Shown piece after piece: positions 9,366-17,295 of a DNA stretch of 32,000 nucleotides. The notes under the pieces are model-generated. The model did no database searches and was not told the origin of the DNA. It was given only the letters and a program-made list of their open reading frames with translations. How positions within the stretch are numbered: position 1 is the first letter of the stretch; every line of letters starts with the position of its first letter. The stretch covers positions 2,730,001-2,762,000 of the forward strand of contig NC_014729.1 of assembly GCF_000172995.2 (NCBI RefSeq), written 5' to 3'. The translations under genes and the position numbers were made by a program. This DNA comes from Halogeometricum borinquense DSM 11551 (GTDB taxonomy: Archaea > Halobacteriota > Halobacteria > Halobacteriales > Haloferacaceae).

Positions 9366-9463
9366 TTCGGGGAACGGTCGTGGGTTTCGGGAACCATCGT
9401 TCGTTTTCAGAGAACATCTGTATGCTTCCAGAACGGTGGCAGTGAAGAGTCTGCTTCGAAAAC
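9366..9463. promoter_or_regulatory. Phased array of five TTC-N2-3-GAAC-like motifs (candidate transcription-factor binding array)
   Basis: TTCGGGGAAC at 9366, TTCGGGAAC at 9386, TTCAGAGAAC at 9406, TTCCAGAAC at 9426 (exact 20-nt spacing) and TTCGAAAAC at 9455. AACGGTGGC recurs at 9432 and 9461. The array lies in the divergent promoter region. Confidence 0.35.
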
Positions 9464-9647
9464 GGTGGCGGCGAGGGATTCCTCAGTCGGCGGCGTTCGG
9501 TAGCGTCGTTCCGACACGCCAGTATAAGAACTCAGACATAGACATGGTATGTGTTAAATCACCTCATTCGTGCTGAAAGGAGACAGCCCGGCGGGACGAC
9601 GTTTCGCACGGTTTTTGCCCGTGGGACGTATATCGTACGTTCAACGA

Positions 9648-10643
9648 ATGATTTCGAAGGGCTGTGAGCAGTGCGCCATGGGAGGGAAAATGGTGCTGTT
9701 CGTCTACGGGTACTGCGATCAGCGCGATTGTTTCTACTGCCCCCTCGGCGAGAACCGTAAGAACGTCACAGACGTGTACGCTAACGAGCGATTGGTCGAG
9801 TCCGACGACGACGTTATCTCCGAGGCCAAGCGGATGGACGCGCTCGGCACGTCCATCACCGGCGGTGAACCGCAAGAGGCTCTCGATAAGACGTGTCACT
9901 ATCTCTCGCTTCTGAAAGACGAGTTCGGAGAGGACCACCACACGCACCTCTACACGGGTATCACGGGCGGCCGCGAGAACATGCGCCGCCTTTCGGAGGC
10001 GGGACTGGACGAGATTCGCTTCCACCCGCCGTACGAACTGTGGGGCGACATGCACGGAACCGAGTGGGAAGAGATACTCTATATTGCCCGCGAGGAAGGT
10101 CTCACGCCCGCGTTCGAGATTCCCGGCATCCGGGCCGAACAGGAGTTCCTCGACTTCCTCGACGAGGGAGCCGCGGAGTTCTGTAACGTCAACGAGTTCG
10201 AGATGAGCGACGGCAACTACCGCCGGATGCAGGAGGAAGGCTTCGAACTCCAAGACGGGCACATGTCGGCCGTTGACGGATCCAAGGACGCTATTCTCGA
10301 CGCGATGGCCGACCACGAACGCGTCTACTTCTGTACCTCTGTCTTCAAAGATGCCGCCCAACACCGCAACCGCCTGAAGCGGATGGCGAAGAACATCCGT
10401 CGTCCGTTCGATGAAGTAACCGACGACGGCACCCTCGTCTACGGGAAAACGTGGGTTACAGAGGACGATTTGCAGGCACTTGGCGTTCCCGAGGAGTTCT
10501 ACACCGTGAAATCCGACCACGTTGAAGTCGCGTGGTGGCTGCTAGAGGAAATGATAGAGGAAGGTGACGTGCCGGAGGGTGAAATCGTCGAGCAGTATCC
10601 CACCGTTAACGGGACTGTCGTCGAACGTACTCCGTTGGCCTGA
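9648..10643 (+). CDS. Radical SAM protein (archaeal COG2108-type)
   Basis: Internal ATG (MISKGCEQCAMGGKMVLFVYGYCDQRDCFYCPLGENRKN). It has a Cys-rich N-terminus with a CxxxCxxC-like cluster plus GGEP. The upstream part of the track ORF is basic and unlikely to be coding. Confidence 0.85.
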   Translation: MISKGCEQCAMGGKMVLFVYGYCDQRDCFYCPLGENRKNVTDVYANERLVESDDDVISEAKRMDALGTSITGGEPQEALDKTCHYLSLLKDEFGEDHHTHLYTGITGGRENMRRLSEAGLDEIRFHPPYELWGDMHGTEWEEILYIAREEGLTPAFEIPGIRAEQEFLDFLDEGAAEFCNVNEFEMSDGNYRRMQEEGFELQDGHMSAVDGSKDAILDAMADHERVYFCTSVFKDAAQHRNRLKRMAKNIRRPFDEVTDDGTLVYGKTWVTEDDLQALGVPEEFYTVKSDHVEVAWWLLEEMIEEGDVPEGEIVEQYPTVNGTVVERTPLA

Positions 10644-10734
10644 CGGCGCTTTTTGGTCCAGCTTTTGCAAGCGAGCGGAGCGAGCGCAGTAAAAGGTGGA
10701 ATGGCACGGTCGTCGAACGTACTCCGTTGGCCTG
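10617..10734. repeat. Exact 27-bp direct duplication of the radical-SAM gene 3' end (10617-10643 and 10708-10734) flanking a 64-nt core related to the etfA repeat core
   Basis: gtcgtcgaacgtactccgttggcctga occurs twice, 91 nt apart. The core 10644-10707 shares CGGC..CTTTTTGGTCCAG.TTTTGC at its 5' side and AAAAGGTGG....GCACG at its 3' side with 6957-7023. Confidence 0.85.
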
Positions 10735-10824
10735 AGTTTGGACATTTGCGATTGGTTTCTGCTGAAATCTCTCGTACTCCGGGAGGCTCACAACCGACCA
10801 GCCGTGACGACAGCCGAGTCCCGG

Positions 10825-11271
10825 TTAGTTACCGGCGGCCGGCGGATGGTTTCGGCCGCCGGAGCCAGCCAACCAACCGCCAACTCTCGCACCGATTGCG
10901 CCAGCCGCCGCTCCGAGTCCGGCCGTAACCGTAACGAGAGTGAGAGACAGGCCGATTACGAGGGCAACACCAGCCACGCGGAACCACACCGGTCCAGTGA
11001 GTGCCGATGTTGCTGCGAGAATGTCGGCGACCATCCAAAGCACAGGAACCACTCCGAGAAGTCCAGTTCGAACGCCGACGCCGCTACGGTCGCCGGTGTT
11101 CCGTTTCGAGAAGTAGCCAGCGATGAGGCCGCCAAGGAGAACCGGTGACAGCGACAACTCCGAACCAGTCTGCCAATACCCGAGAGTTGTCAGCGGAACC
11201 GAGACTGAAGCGCCGAGGAGAGCGTATATCCACCGTTCGCTCACCGCGTTCCGGAGGGAATCAGTTCTCAT
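10825..11271 (-). CDS. DUF5518-like small membrane protein
   Basis: ATG start, four predicted TM helices, Gly/Ala/Leu-rich (LLGGLIAGYFSKR... motif). Family name is from memory. Confidence 0.65.
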   Translation of the reverse strand: MRTDSLRNAVSERWIYALLGASVSVPLTTLGYWQTGSELSLSPVLLGGLIAGYFSKRNTGDRSGVGVRTGLLGVVPVLWMVADILAATSALTGPVWFRVAGVALVIGLSLTLVTVTAGLGAAAGAIGARVGGWLAGSGGRNHPPAAGN

Positions 11272-11459
11272 TACTGTAATATATGTAATTGATCACAGAT
11301 ACCTCCTGTGTCGTGAACAACGTGACAACCGAAGTCGCCGTGAACGGACGCTAGCCGTGGCCAAGGCATCGCATACGAACCGACAGCCGTAAATAACGTG
11401 AATGATTGCCAATGGTCCAGTGAATACTTCTCCAAAAGAATCGGTACCTGTAGACACGC

Positions 11460-11977
11460 ATGACCCTCCGACACGTCATCGAGGACATCAACGAGAACCC
11501 GCACCGCGAACGCGACTTCTACGAGTACCCCGCGCTCTACGACTTCTATCATTCGCGGATGCTCGATAGGGACCGACAGGTCAATCTGCTAGAGCGATAT
11601 CAGCCCGACGACGCGAATCGCGTCCTTGAATTCGGGTGCGGAACCGGCCCACTTCTTACCCGTATCGAAGACGAGTACGAGGAAGTACTGGGCGTCGATG
11701 CGGACGAACGAATGCTCGAATCAGCGAGAAAGCACGTCTCGGAAGCGGACGTACTCGAAGCCGATTTTACGGAGTGGTCCGCTGCCGACGACATACGACG
11801 ACGTATGTGTTCACCATCCGTGATACGGTCCGAGAGACGGAGGCGAAAATGGGGTCAGTGTTCCACGGGCGGTTCCACGACCCGGACGCGCTCGCAGACA
11901 CCTTCGACGCAGCGGGATTCAGCGACGTGGAAGTTATCGACAGCGACGGGACGACAATCCTCCACGCCGTGAAATAG
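11460..11977 (+). pseudogene. Class I SAM-dependent methyltransferase, apparently disrupted (frameshifts and an internal deletion)
   Basis: Frame 1 gives a good N-terminal half (VLEFGCGTGPLL, VLGVDADERML, ADVLEADFTEW) and then turns into Arg/Ser/Thr-rich junk after about codon 111. A motif-II-like TYDDVCV lies in the second frame. A credible C-terminus (YVFTIRDTV...FHDPDALADTFDAAGFSDVEVIDSDGTTILHAVK*) is in the third frame, ending at 11977. Confidence 0.55.
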
Positions 11978-12012
11978 GTACGAAGCCGAGTTCGAGGGAG
12001 TCAAAACCGAGT

Positions 12013-12690
12013 CTACCGGTAGCTACGCCTCGAAAGCACGACGTACAGACTCGGCGTGAACGCGACGGCTGACCCAACGAGAACCCAGTCGGTAAGTCGG
12101 CCACCACGAACGACGCCGACCGCGATGAGAGCGACGCCGAGGACGGCACCGACTGCAACACTGTTTCTCCGCGTGCGTGCGTCGAACCGAACGCCACGCG
12201 CCGTCGCGTAGAGACCGGCGGCGACGGCGACGAGAACGGCGTCGATCACGGCGAGTATCGGCCGTCCGGAGACGAGTCCAACGAGGAGTAGACTCGCCGC
12301 GGCGATGAGTCCGAGTGCTAATGTCTGGGTCGCAGAGAGCGGATTCACGTCAGCGTCGTGACGGACGGCGTACGCGGCAGGTGGGAGAACGAGAGCGAGA
12401 CCGATAGTGGCCGCAAACGGGAGTGCCGACAGCGATACGTTGTCCACGAGGACGCCAAAAACGCCGAGGAGGCCCCAGAAGACACCTGCAAAGAAAACCC
12501 AATCAGGTGGGATGACGGCCGCCGGGTCATCATCACGGAGGAGGCCGAAGGCGACAAACGGGTACGTTCCGACGGCGGCGACGACAACGATGGCAAAGAG
12601 ACTCCACTGGAAGACGAGGCCGAACACCAACGCCGAGAGACCGAAGAAGACCCCGATGATGAGGGCAAACTCCGGAACGCGACGGGACAT
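12013..12690 (-). CDS. Multi-pass integral membrane protein, function unknown
   Basis: ATG at 12690 (MSRRVPEFALIIGVFFGL...); the track start at 12696 is TTG. About seven hydrophobic helices. Confidence 0.6.
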   Translation of the reverse strand: MSRRVPEFALIIGVFFGLSALVFGLVFQWSLFAIVVVAAVGTYPFVAFGLLRDDDPAAVIPPDWVFFAGVFWGLLGVFGVLVDNVSLSALPFAATIGLALVLPPAAYAVRHDADVNPLSATQTLALGLIAAASLLLVGLVSGRPILAVIDAVLVAVAAGLYATARGVRFDARTRRNSVAVGAVLGVALIAVGVVRGGRLTDWVLVGSAVAFTPSLYVVLSRRSYR

Positions 12691-12793
12691 ACCCAAAATG
12701 AGGGGGAAGGGCGTGAAAACGTTGTGTCTACCGCATCGGGCACGGAGCAGAGTACCCGGAAGGGTTTAGACGGGCGATAGAGTATCCTTCCGT

Positions 12794-13261
12794 ATGTCAG
12801 ACTGTCCGCTGGCGAACGACTGTCCACGGTACTCAGAGCGAATCAACGGGATGGGGTGTCAGTACTACGGCGACCGGGCGGGCTCCGAGTGGTGCAACAG
12901 CTACGAACAGCCGATTCGTGACCTGAAACAGCAACCGGTCAAGCCCAGCGAGGACGTGGTCGTCACCGTAGACGATATCCACGAAAGCGGTGCCGGTGTC
13001 GGTCGAACGGAAGACGGATTTATCGTTCTCGTTGACGGCCTCCTGCCCGAAGCGCGCGCCGTCGTTCGTATCGACCAAGTGAAGTCCAACCACGCACGTT
13101 CGAAGAAAGTTGTCGAGCGACTGCCCCTCGATCCTGACGAGGTAGAAGATGAGGCGGCGGGGACGAGCGATACCGACGAAGAGAGCGGTGAGGAGAGCGA
13201 CGACGACGGCCCCAAGCGCCCAACTGCCCTCGGAAGTCGGGACAACTTCTGGGGGAGCTAA
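12794..13261 (+). CDS. TRAM-domain protein with a Cys-rich N-terminus and an acidic tail
   Basis: MSDCPLANDCPRYSERINGMGCQYY... is followed by VVVTVDDIHESGAGVGRTEDGFIVLVDGLLPEARAVVRIDQVKSNHARSK, a TRAM beta-barrel pattern. Confidence 0.8.
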   Translation: MSDCPLANDCPRYSERINGMGCQYYGDRAGSEWCNSYEQPIRDLKQQPVKPSEDVVVTVDDIHESGAGVGRTEDGFIVLVDGLLPEARAVVRIDQVKSNHARSKKVVERLPLDPDEVEDEAAGTSDTDEESGEESDDDGPKRPTALGSRDNFWGS

Positions 13262-13414
13262 GCGGCGGCCGACCCGCCGCGCCGCAGTACGGACAGTCAC
13301 ATCCTTCGTATCGTCATCGCTCTGCATTGGCACATCTTCGCATATGTTTCCACAGAGTAGCAGAGACAAACACGACGATACAGTTTTTTGCGAGCGGCAA
13401 TCGTACGCTCGGCT

Positions 13415-13927
13415 ATGTACGACGCGGACCGCGGCCGGGACGTGCGAGGAGACGGCGGCGACATCGACGTCGCACGCATCCTCGCAGAAACCGGATTCGA
13501 CCCCGACGATAGCGTCCTGACGAGACGACAAGCAGAGGTGTTAGCGCTCCGCGAACGGGGTATTCGACAGTCTACTATCGCCGACCTCCTCGGTACGTCG
13601 CGCGCGAACGTCTCCAGTATCGAGTCGAGTGCGCGTCAAAACGTCAAGAAAGCGCGCGAGACCATCGCGTTTGCAGAAGCGTTGACCGCACCGGTTCAAG
13701 TCGGGGTCGAAGCGGGGACAGACCTCTACGAGGTCCCGAAGCTAGTCTACGACGCCTGCGACGAGGCAGGGGTGAAAGTGAATTACACTGCTCCGGATCT
13801 GATGAAGATTATTGCCGACGACGCCGGGGACGCCGTCCACGGACGGGAAGTGATCGAATCGCTCCTCGTCGGCGTTACCAGTACTGGTGACGTTCGCGTC
13901 CGACAGTCAGCAGCGGAAGAGTCGTAG
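13415..13927 (+). CDS. Tfx-family DNA-binding protein
   Basis: Internal ATG (MYDADRG...). LTRRQAEVLALRERGIRQSTIADLLGTSRANVSSIESSARQNVKKARETI is the LuxR/sigma70-region-4-like HTH characteristic of archaeal Tfx. Confidence 0.8.
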   Translation: MYDADRGRDVRGDGGDIDVARILAETGFDPDDSVLTRRQAEVLALRERGIRQSTIADLLGTSRANVSSIESSARQNVKKARETIAFAEALTAPVQVGVEAGTDLYEVPKLVYDACDEAGVKVNYTAPDLMKIIADDAGDAVHGREVIESLLVGVTSTGDVRVRQSAAEES

Positions 13928-14071
13928 TCGGGAAAAACGCGACCACCATCAGACAAAATAGCGGTCGGAACCCCACGCGTATTGTGGGCTGATCCCCACT
14001 GTCGGCGACGGTGCAACGTTTTACTGCATGATCCCGAATATAGAGCTATCAACGCCAAATGGTGATAGATA

Positions 14072-14530
14072 ATGACTGCCAAAGATAACGAGCCTATCGA
14101 GATCCTGTTAGTGGAAGACAACCCCGGTGACGTCCGATTAACCGAGAAGGGACTACAGAAAGGAAACGTGACCAACAATCTCCACGTGGTACCCAACGGC
14201 ATCGAGGCCCTGGAATTTCTCCGGCAAGAAAACGAGTACGCCGACGCACCTCGTCCCGACCTCATACTCCTCGATCTCGATATGCCCAAGATGGGCGGAA
14301 AGGAAGTACTTCGTGAAATCAAGACCGACTCGGATCTCAAGCGACTCCCAGTTGTCGTACTCTCGAGTTCGGACGCCGAGGAAGATATCGCCAAATCCTA
14401 CGACTTACACGCAAACGCGTACCTCACCAAACCCGTCGATTTCGAGGGATTTCTCGACATTGCCCAAAGTATCGAGGACTTCTGGTTCACAGCCGTCAAA
14501 TATCCACCGACAGAGGTTAAAAGGCAGTAA
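14072..14530 (+). CDS. Stand-alone response regulator (CheY-like receiver only)
   Basis: ILLVEDNPGD..., LILLDLDMPKMGG (phospho-acceptor Asp), VVVLSSS and ANAYLTKP (conserved Lys). There is no output domain. Confidence 0.9.
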   Translation: MTAKDNEPIEILLVEDNPGDVRLTEKGLQKGNVTNNLHVVPNGIEALEFLRQENEYADAPRPDLILLDLDMPKMGGKEVLREIKTDSDLKRLPVVVLSSSDAEEDIAKSYDLHANAYLTKPVDFEGFLDIAQSIEDFWFTAVKYPPTEVKRQ

Positions 14531-14744
14531 CTTGGAAGTCACCCGGACACCGAGACACGGTCATGTTTCACCAAAGCGGCTACCGGTAGCGTATCGGAAT
14601 CACACATTCAGTTATTCCGAAAATAAACCCAAATCCGGATACTGCACCATATAAGTCAATCTATCTAGAGCTAGCGACATGGTATTAAGTCTAACTCCCG
14701 AATAATTAACGGAGGTGTTCGGTAGGTAGTGCTACCAGATCAGA

Positions 14745-15728
14745 ATGAGCCCAGAAAATGCGCTGAAGGCACTGTTAGTAGAAGACAACCTGGGTGATGC
14801 GCGTCTCATTACACGCTATCTCGAGGAGAGTTCACTCCCAAGTGAAGCAAGCGAGTTGGAACTGACGCACGTCGAGACGCTGACTGCGGGCCTCGAACAC
14901 CTCGAAAAGAACACATATGATTTCGTACTGTTAGATCTCGGTCTCCCCGAAAGTACGGGACTTGAGACGCTCGACAGAGTACTCTCTCATTCGCCAGAAC
15001 TCCCCGTAGTCGTGCTGACGGGACTCAACAATCGTGAAATAGCGGTCGAGGCGATCATGCGAGGCGCACAGGACTATCTGCCGAAAGACGATATCGACAG
15101 CGCCCAACTACTGCGGTCGCTCCGGTACGCAATCGAGCGGAAAAAGCGCGAGGAGAAACTTGAGACGCTGAACCGCATCAATGCGCTGATTCGGGATATC
15201 AACAAGGCACTCCTCACGGCGACATCCCGTGCCGAAATCGAGCAGGCCGTCTGCGAACGGTTCATCGCAACTGATCCGTACCAGTTCGCGCTGGTAGGTG
15301 AGTTCTCTTCGGACTTCGAGGAGTTCACGAAGCGATACTGGGAGAGTGTCGACAAACGCGACCTTGAGACCGTACTAGAGGTCAAAGGCCAACTGCTCGG
15401 ACATCAACTGGCCGCAGAAGCCGTCCGGACGCGTGAAGTGCAGGTTATCCAAACCGTCGCTGAAGGGGCACTGTCCGAGGAGCAGAAAGACGAGATCGCT
15501 GAACACGAGGTCAAGGCCGTCGCTGCCATTCCGCTCGTGTTCGAGACCGTTCACGGCGTGCTCGTCGTCTACGCCGACCATCCGTACGCATTTGACGAGC
15601 AAGAACGCGAGGTGCTCGGGGAACTGGGCCAAACCATCGGATACGCTATCACCTCACTAGAGGCGCAAATGGAGCGAGTAGATCTCGATGACATGTTCCG
15701 AAGCGGCGACACGAACGAAGTAGACTGA
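14745..15728 (+). CDS. Response regulator with receiver domain plus GAF-like domain and no recognisable DNA-binding output
   Basis: ALLVEDNLGDARL, FVLLDLGLPES, VVVLTGL and DYLPKD form the receiver. A coiled linker follows, then a GAF-like region (...AVAAIPLVFETVHGVLVVYADHPYAFDEQEREVLGELGQTIGYAI). Confidence 0.85.
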   Translation: MSPENALKALLVEDNLGDARLITRYLEESSLPSEASELELTHVETLTAGLEHLEKNTYDFVLLDLGLPESTGLETLDRVLSHSPELPVVVLTGLNNREIAVEAIMRGAQDYLPKDDIDSAQLLRSLRYAIERKKREEKLETLNRINALIRDINKALLTATSRAEIEQAVCERFIATDPYQFALVGEFSSDFEEFTKRYWESVDKRDLETVLEVKGQLLGHQLAAEAVRTREVQVIQTVAEGALSEEQKDEIAEHEVKAVAAIPLVFETVHGVLVVYADHPYAFDEQEREVLGELGQTIGYAITSLEAQMERVDLDDMFRSGDTNEVD

Positions 15729-15798
15729 ACAATCCCCGAACCGACTGACTCCTGCTTTCTGTCCGTCCCGCACACAACGAGACAGCGATGTGAGCCAG

Positions 15799-16827
15799 TT
15801 AGAACTCGCCGCGCTGTTTCAACTCGTCTACGAGCGTTCGCACGTCCTGTGCGCGCTCTTTGGGGACGACCAACACGCGGTCGTCCCACGTGACGACCGC
15901 GAGGTCCGAAACACCCACCAGCGAGACGTGTTTGTCGTCGCCTGCGACGACATTGTCGGCCGCATCGAGTTCTCTGACCGTCACATCGCCGACCGAAACG
16001 GTCCCGTTCGCATTACCATCAACCACCCGGTCGAACGCGTCCCACGACCCCAAGTCGTCCCACTCGAACGGCGCGGGGACGACGACCGCGTCTTCGGTTC
16101 GTTCCATCACGCCGTAGTCGATGCTCACCTCGGCGACCCCGTCGAACGCGCGTTCGGGGTCCGTGCCGTCGGTGAGATCGGTGACGAGATCCGAGAGCGG
16201 AGAGTCGCGTGCCGCCGCGAGGAGGGCGTCGGGCGTCCACGCGAAGATACCTGCGTTCCAGTAATGACCGGCCTCGACGTACTCGTGGGCCGTCTCGGCG
16301 TCGGGTTTCTCGTGGAACGCCGAAACGGGCGCGTAATCGCCGCGGGACTCACCGGGTTCGATGTAGCCATAGCCCGTATCGGGGCGAGTCGGTTCGACAC
16401 CGAACGTGACGAGCGAACCCGTCTCGTCGGCGACGCGCGCACCGCGCCGCATCACCGCAGCAAAGGAATCGCCAACGGTGTGATCGCTGGGGAGAGCGAC
16501 GACGACGCAATCACCGACGGTCTCACGAATACGGTGTGTGGCGTAGACGAGCGCCGGACCGGTGTCCTTTGCGGCGGGTTCGACTACCACCTCGGCGTCG
16601 GGCGCGTGTTCGGAAATCTCGTCTGCGAACGCCGGGCGGGTCGAGACGAATACGTCGTCGGCCACGCCGCGGGCGCGCGACACCGTCCGGGAGAGGAGCG
16701 AATCGTCGCCGAGTAGCGAAAGGAACTGCTTGGGCCGGTCGGCACGACTCGCCGGGTAGAGTCGGGAGCCAGTGCCACCCGCGAGAACGAGCGCGACGAC
16801 CGGTCTGTCCGTCTGTCCCGCTACCAC
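15799..16827 (-). CDS. Sugar-phosphate nucleotidyltransferase (mannose-1-phosphate guanylyltransferase-like)
   Basis: VVALVLAGGTGSRLYPASRADRPKQFL is the G-x-G-T-R-L signature, with a WNAGIF motif further on. The start is uncertain: GTG 16827 (7-nt overlap with the upstream gene) or ATG 16863. The track start at 16953 is TTG and would overlap the neighbour heavily. Confidence 0.85.
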   Translation of the reverse strand: MVAGQTDRPVVALVLAGGTGSRLYPASRADRPKQFLSLLGDDSLLSRTVSRARGVADDVFVSTRPAFADEISEHAPDAEVVVEPAAKDTGPALVYATHRIRETVGDCVVVALPSDHTVGDSFAAVMRRGARVADETGSLVTFGVEPTRPDTGYGYIEPGESRGDYAPVSAFHEKPDAETAHEYVEAGHYWNAGIFAWTPDALLAAARDSPLSDLVTDLTDGTDPERAFDGVAEVSIDYGVMERTEDAVVVPAPFEWDDLGSWDAFDRVVDGNANGTVSVGDVTVRELDAADNVVAGDDKHVSLVGVSDLAVVTWDDRVLVVPKERAQDVRTLVDELKQRGEF

Positions 16828-17099
16828 GTCTCTACGACCCCGCTCAGAACGTCCTCGGCACATCCCTCGCAGTCGGGGTGACCAGCCTCGAAACACGCCG
16901 GGTGGCCCGTGGCAGCAACGGAGACAGCACGTCGTTCGGCGTGCCGACGGCAAACCAAACGGACGTTGCCGTCCTCATCTCGCGGGAGGTCGGCGTCGAA
17001 CTCACGTCTCCCGTCGTCGTACGCCTGTTTCGCGCGGGCGTACTGCCGACCGGCGGAGCGGAACTTCTCCCGTACGAACCGTTCGAGACGCTCGTCCAT
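16821..17099 (-). CDS. Small conserved Cys/His-containing protein, function unknown
   Basis: ATG start, acidic composition, and C-x3-H ... H-P-A-C-x5-H-P-D-C-x2-C. Co-directional with, and overlapping, the nucleotidyltransferase start. Confidence 0.55.
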   Translation of the reverse strand: MDERLERFVREKFRSAGRQYARAKQAYDDGRREFDADLPRDEDGNVRLVCRRHAERRAVSVAATGHPACFEAGHPDCEGCAEDVLSGVVETW

Positions 17100-17235
17100 C
17101 GTTACCCGGCGTTGGGAACGCCGGGGCTATAGGTTCGTTGGTGGGGAAAACAAGAGCATAGAGAGTGCCCGGATCTTGGGATAAGAGTCCTAATGCGCCC
17201 GATTTCAGTTCCAAAGCGTACACAAATTTATTAAC

Positions 17236-17268
17236 CATTGGGAGCCAACCGGCGTATGCCTCCCAATG
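17236..17268. promoter_or_regulatory. Perfect 9-bp inverted repeat (cattgggag-N15-ctcccaatg) just downstream of a TATA-like atttattaa (17226-17234)
   Basis: Read directly from the sequence. It lies between the putative TATA box and the rpa3-like start codon(s), so it is a candidate operator or 5' hairpin. Confidence 0.4.
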
Positions 17269-17295
17269 AAAACCAAGGTGGAGGCGAGTGAAACC

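Noticed and set aside
11460-11972. The 170-aa ORF taken at face value as an intact methyltransferase
   Set aside because: Its last roughly 60 residues are Arg/Ser/Thr-rich junk, while the authentic-looking C-terminus lies in another frame. I therefore called it a probable pseudogene.
16863-16953. Extended N-terminus (TTG 16953 or ATG 16863) for the nucleotidyltransferase
   Set aside because: The extension is Cys/Arg-rich and overlaps the well-formed upstream small gene by 43-133 nt. GTG 16827, just before the G-x-G-T-R-L motif, is more plausible, though ATG 16863 is not excluded.
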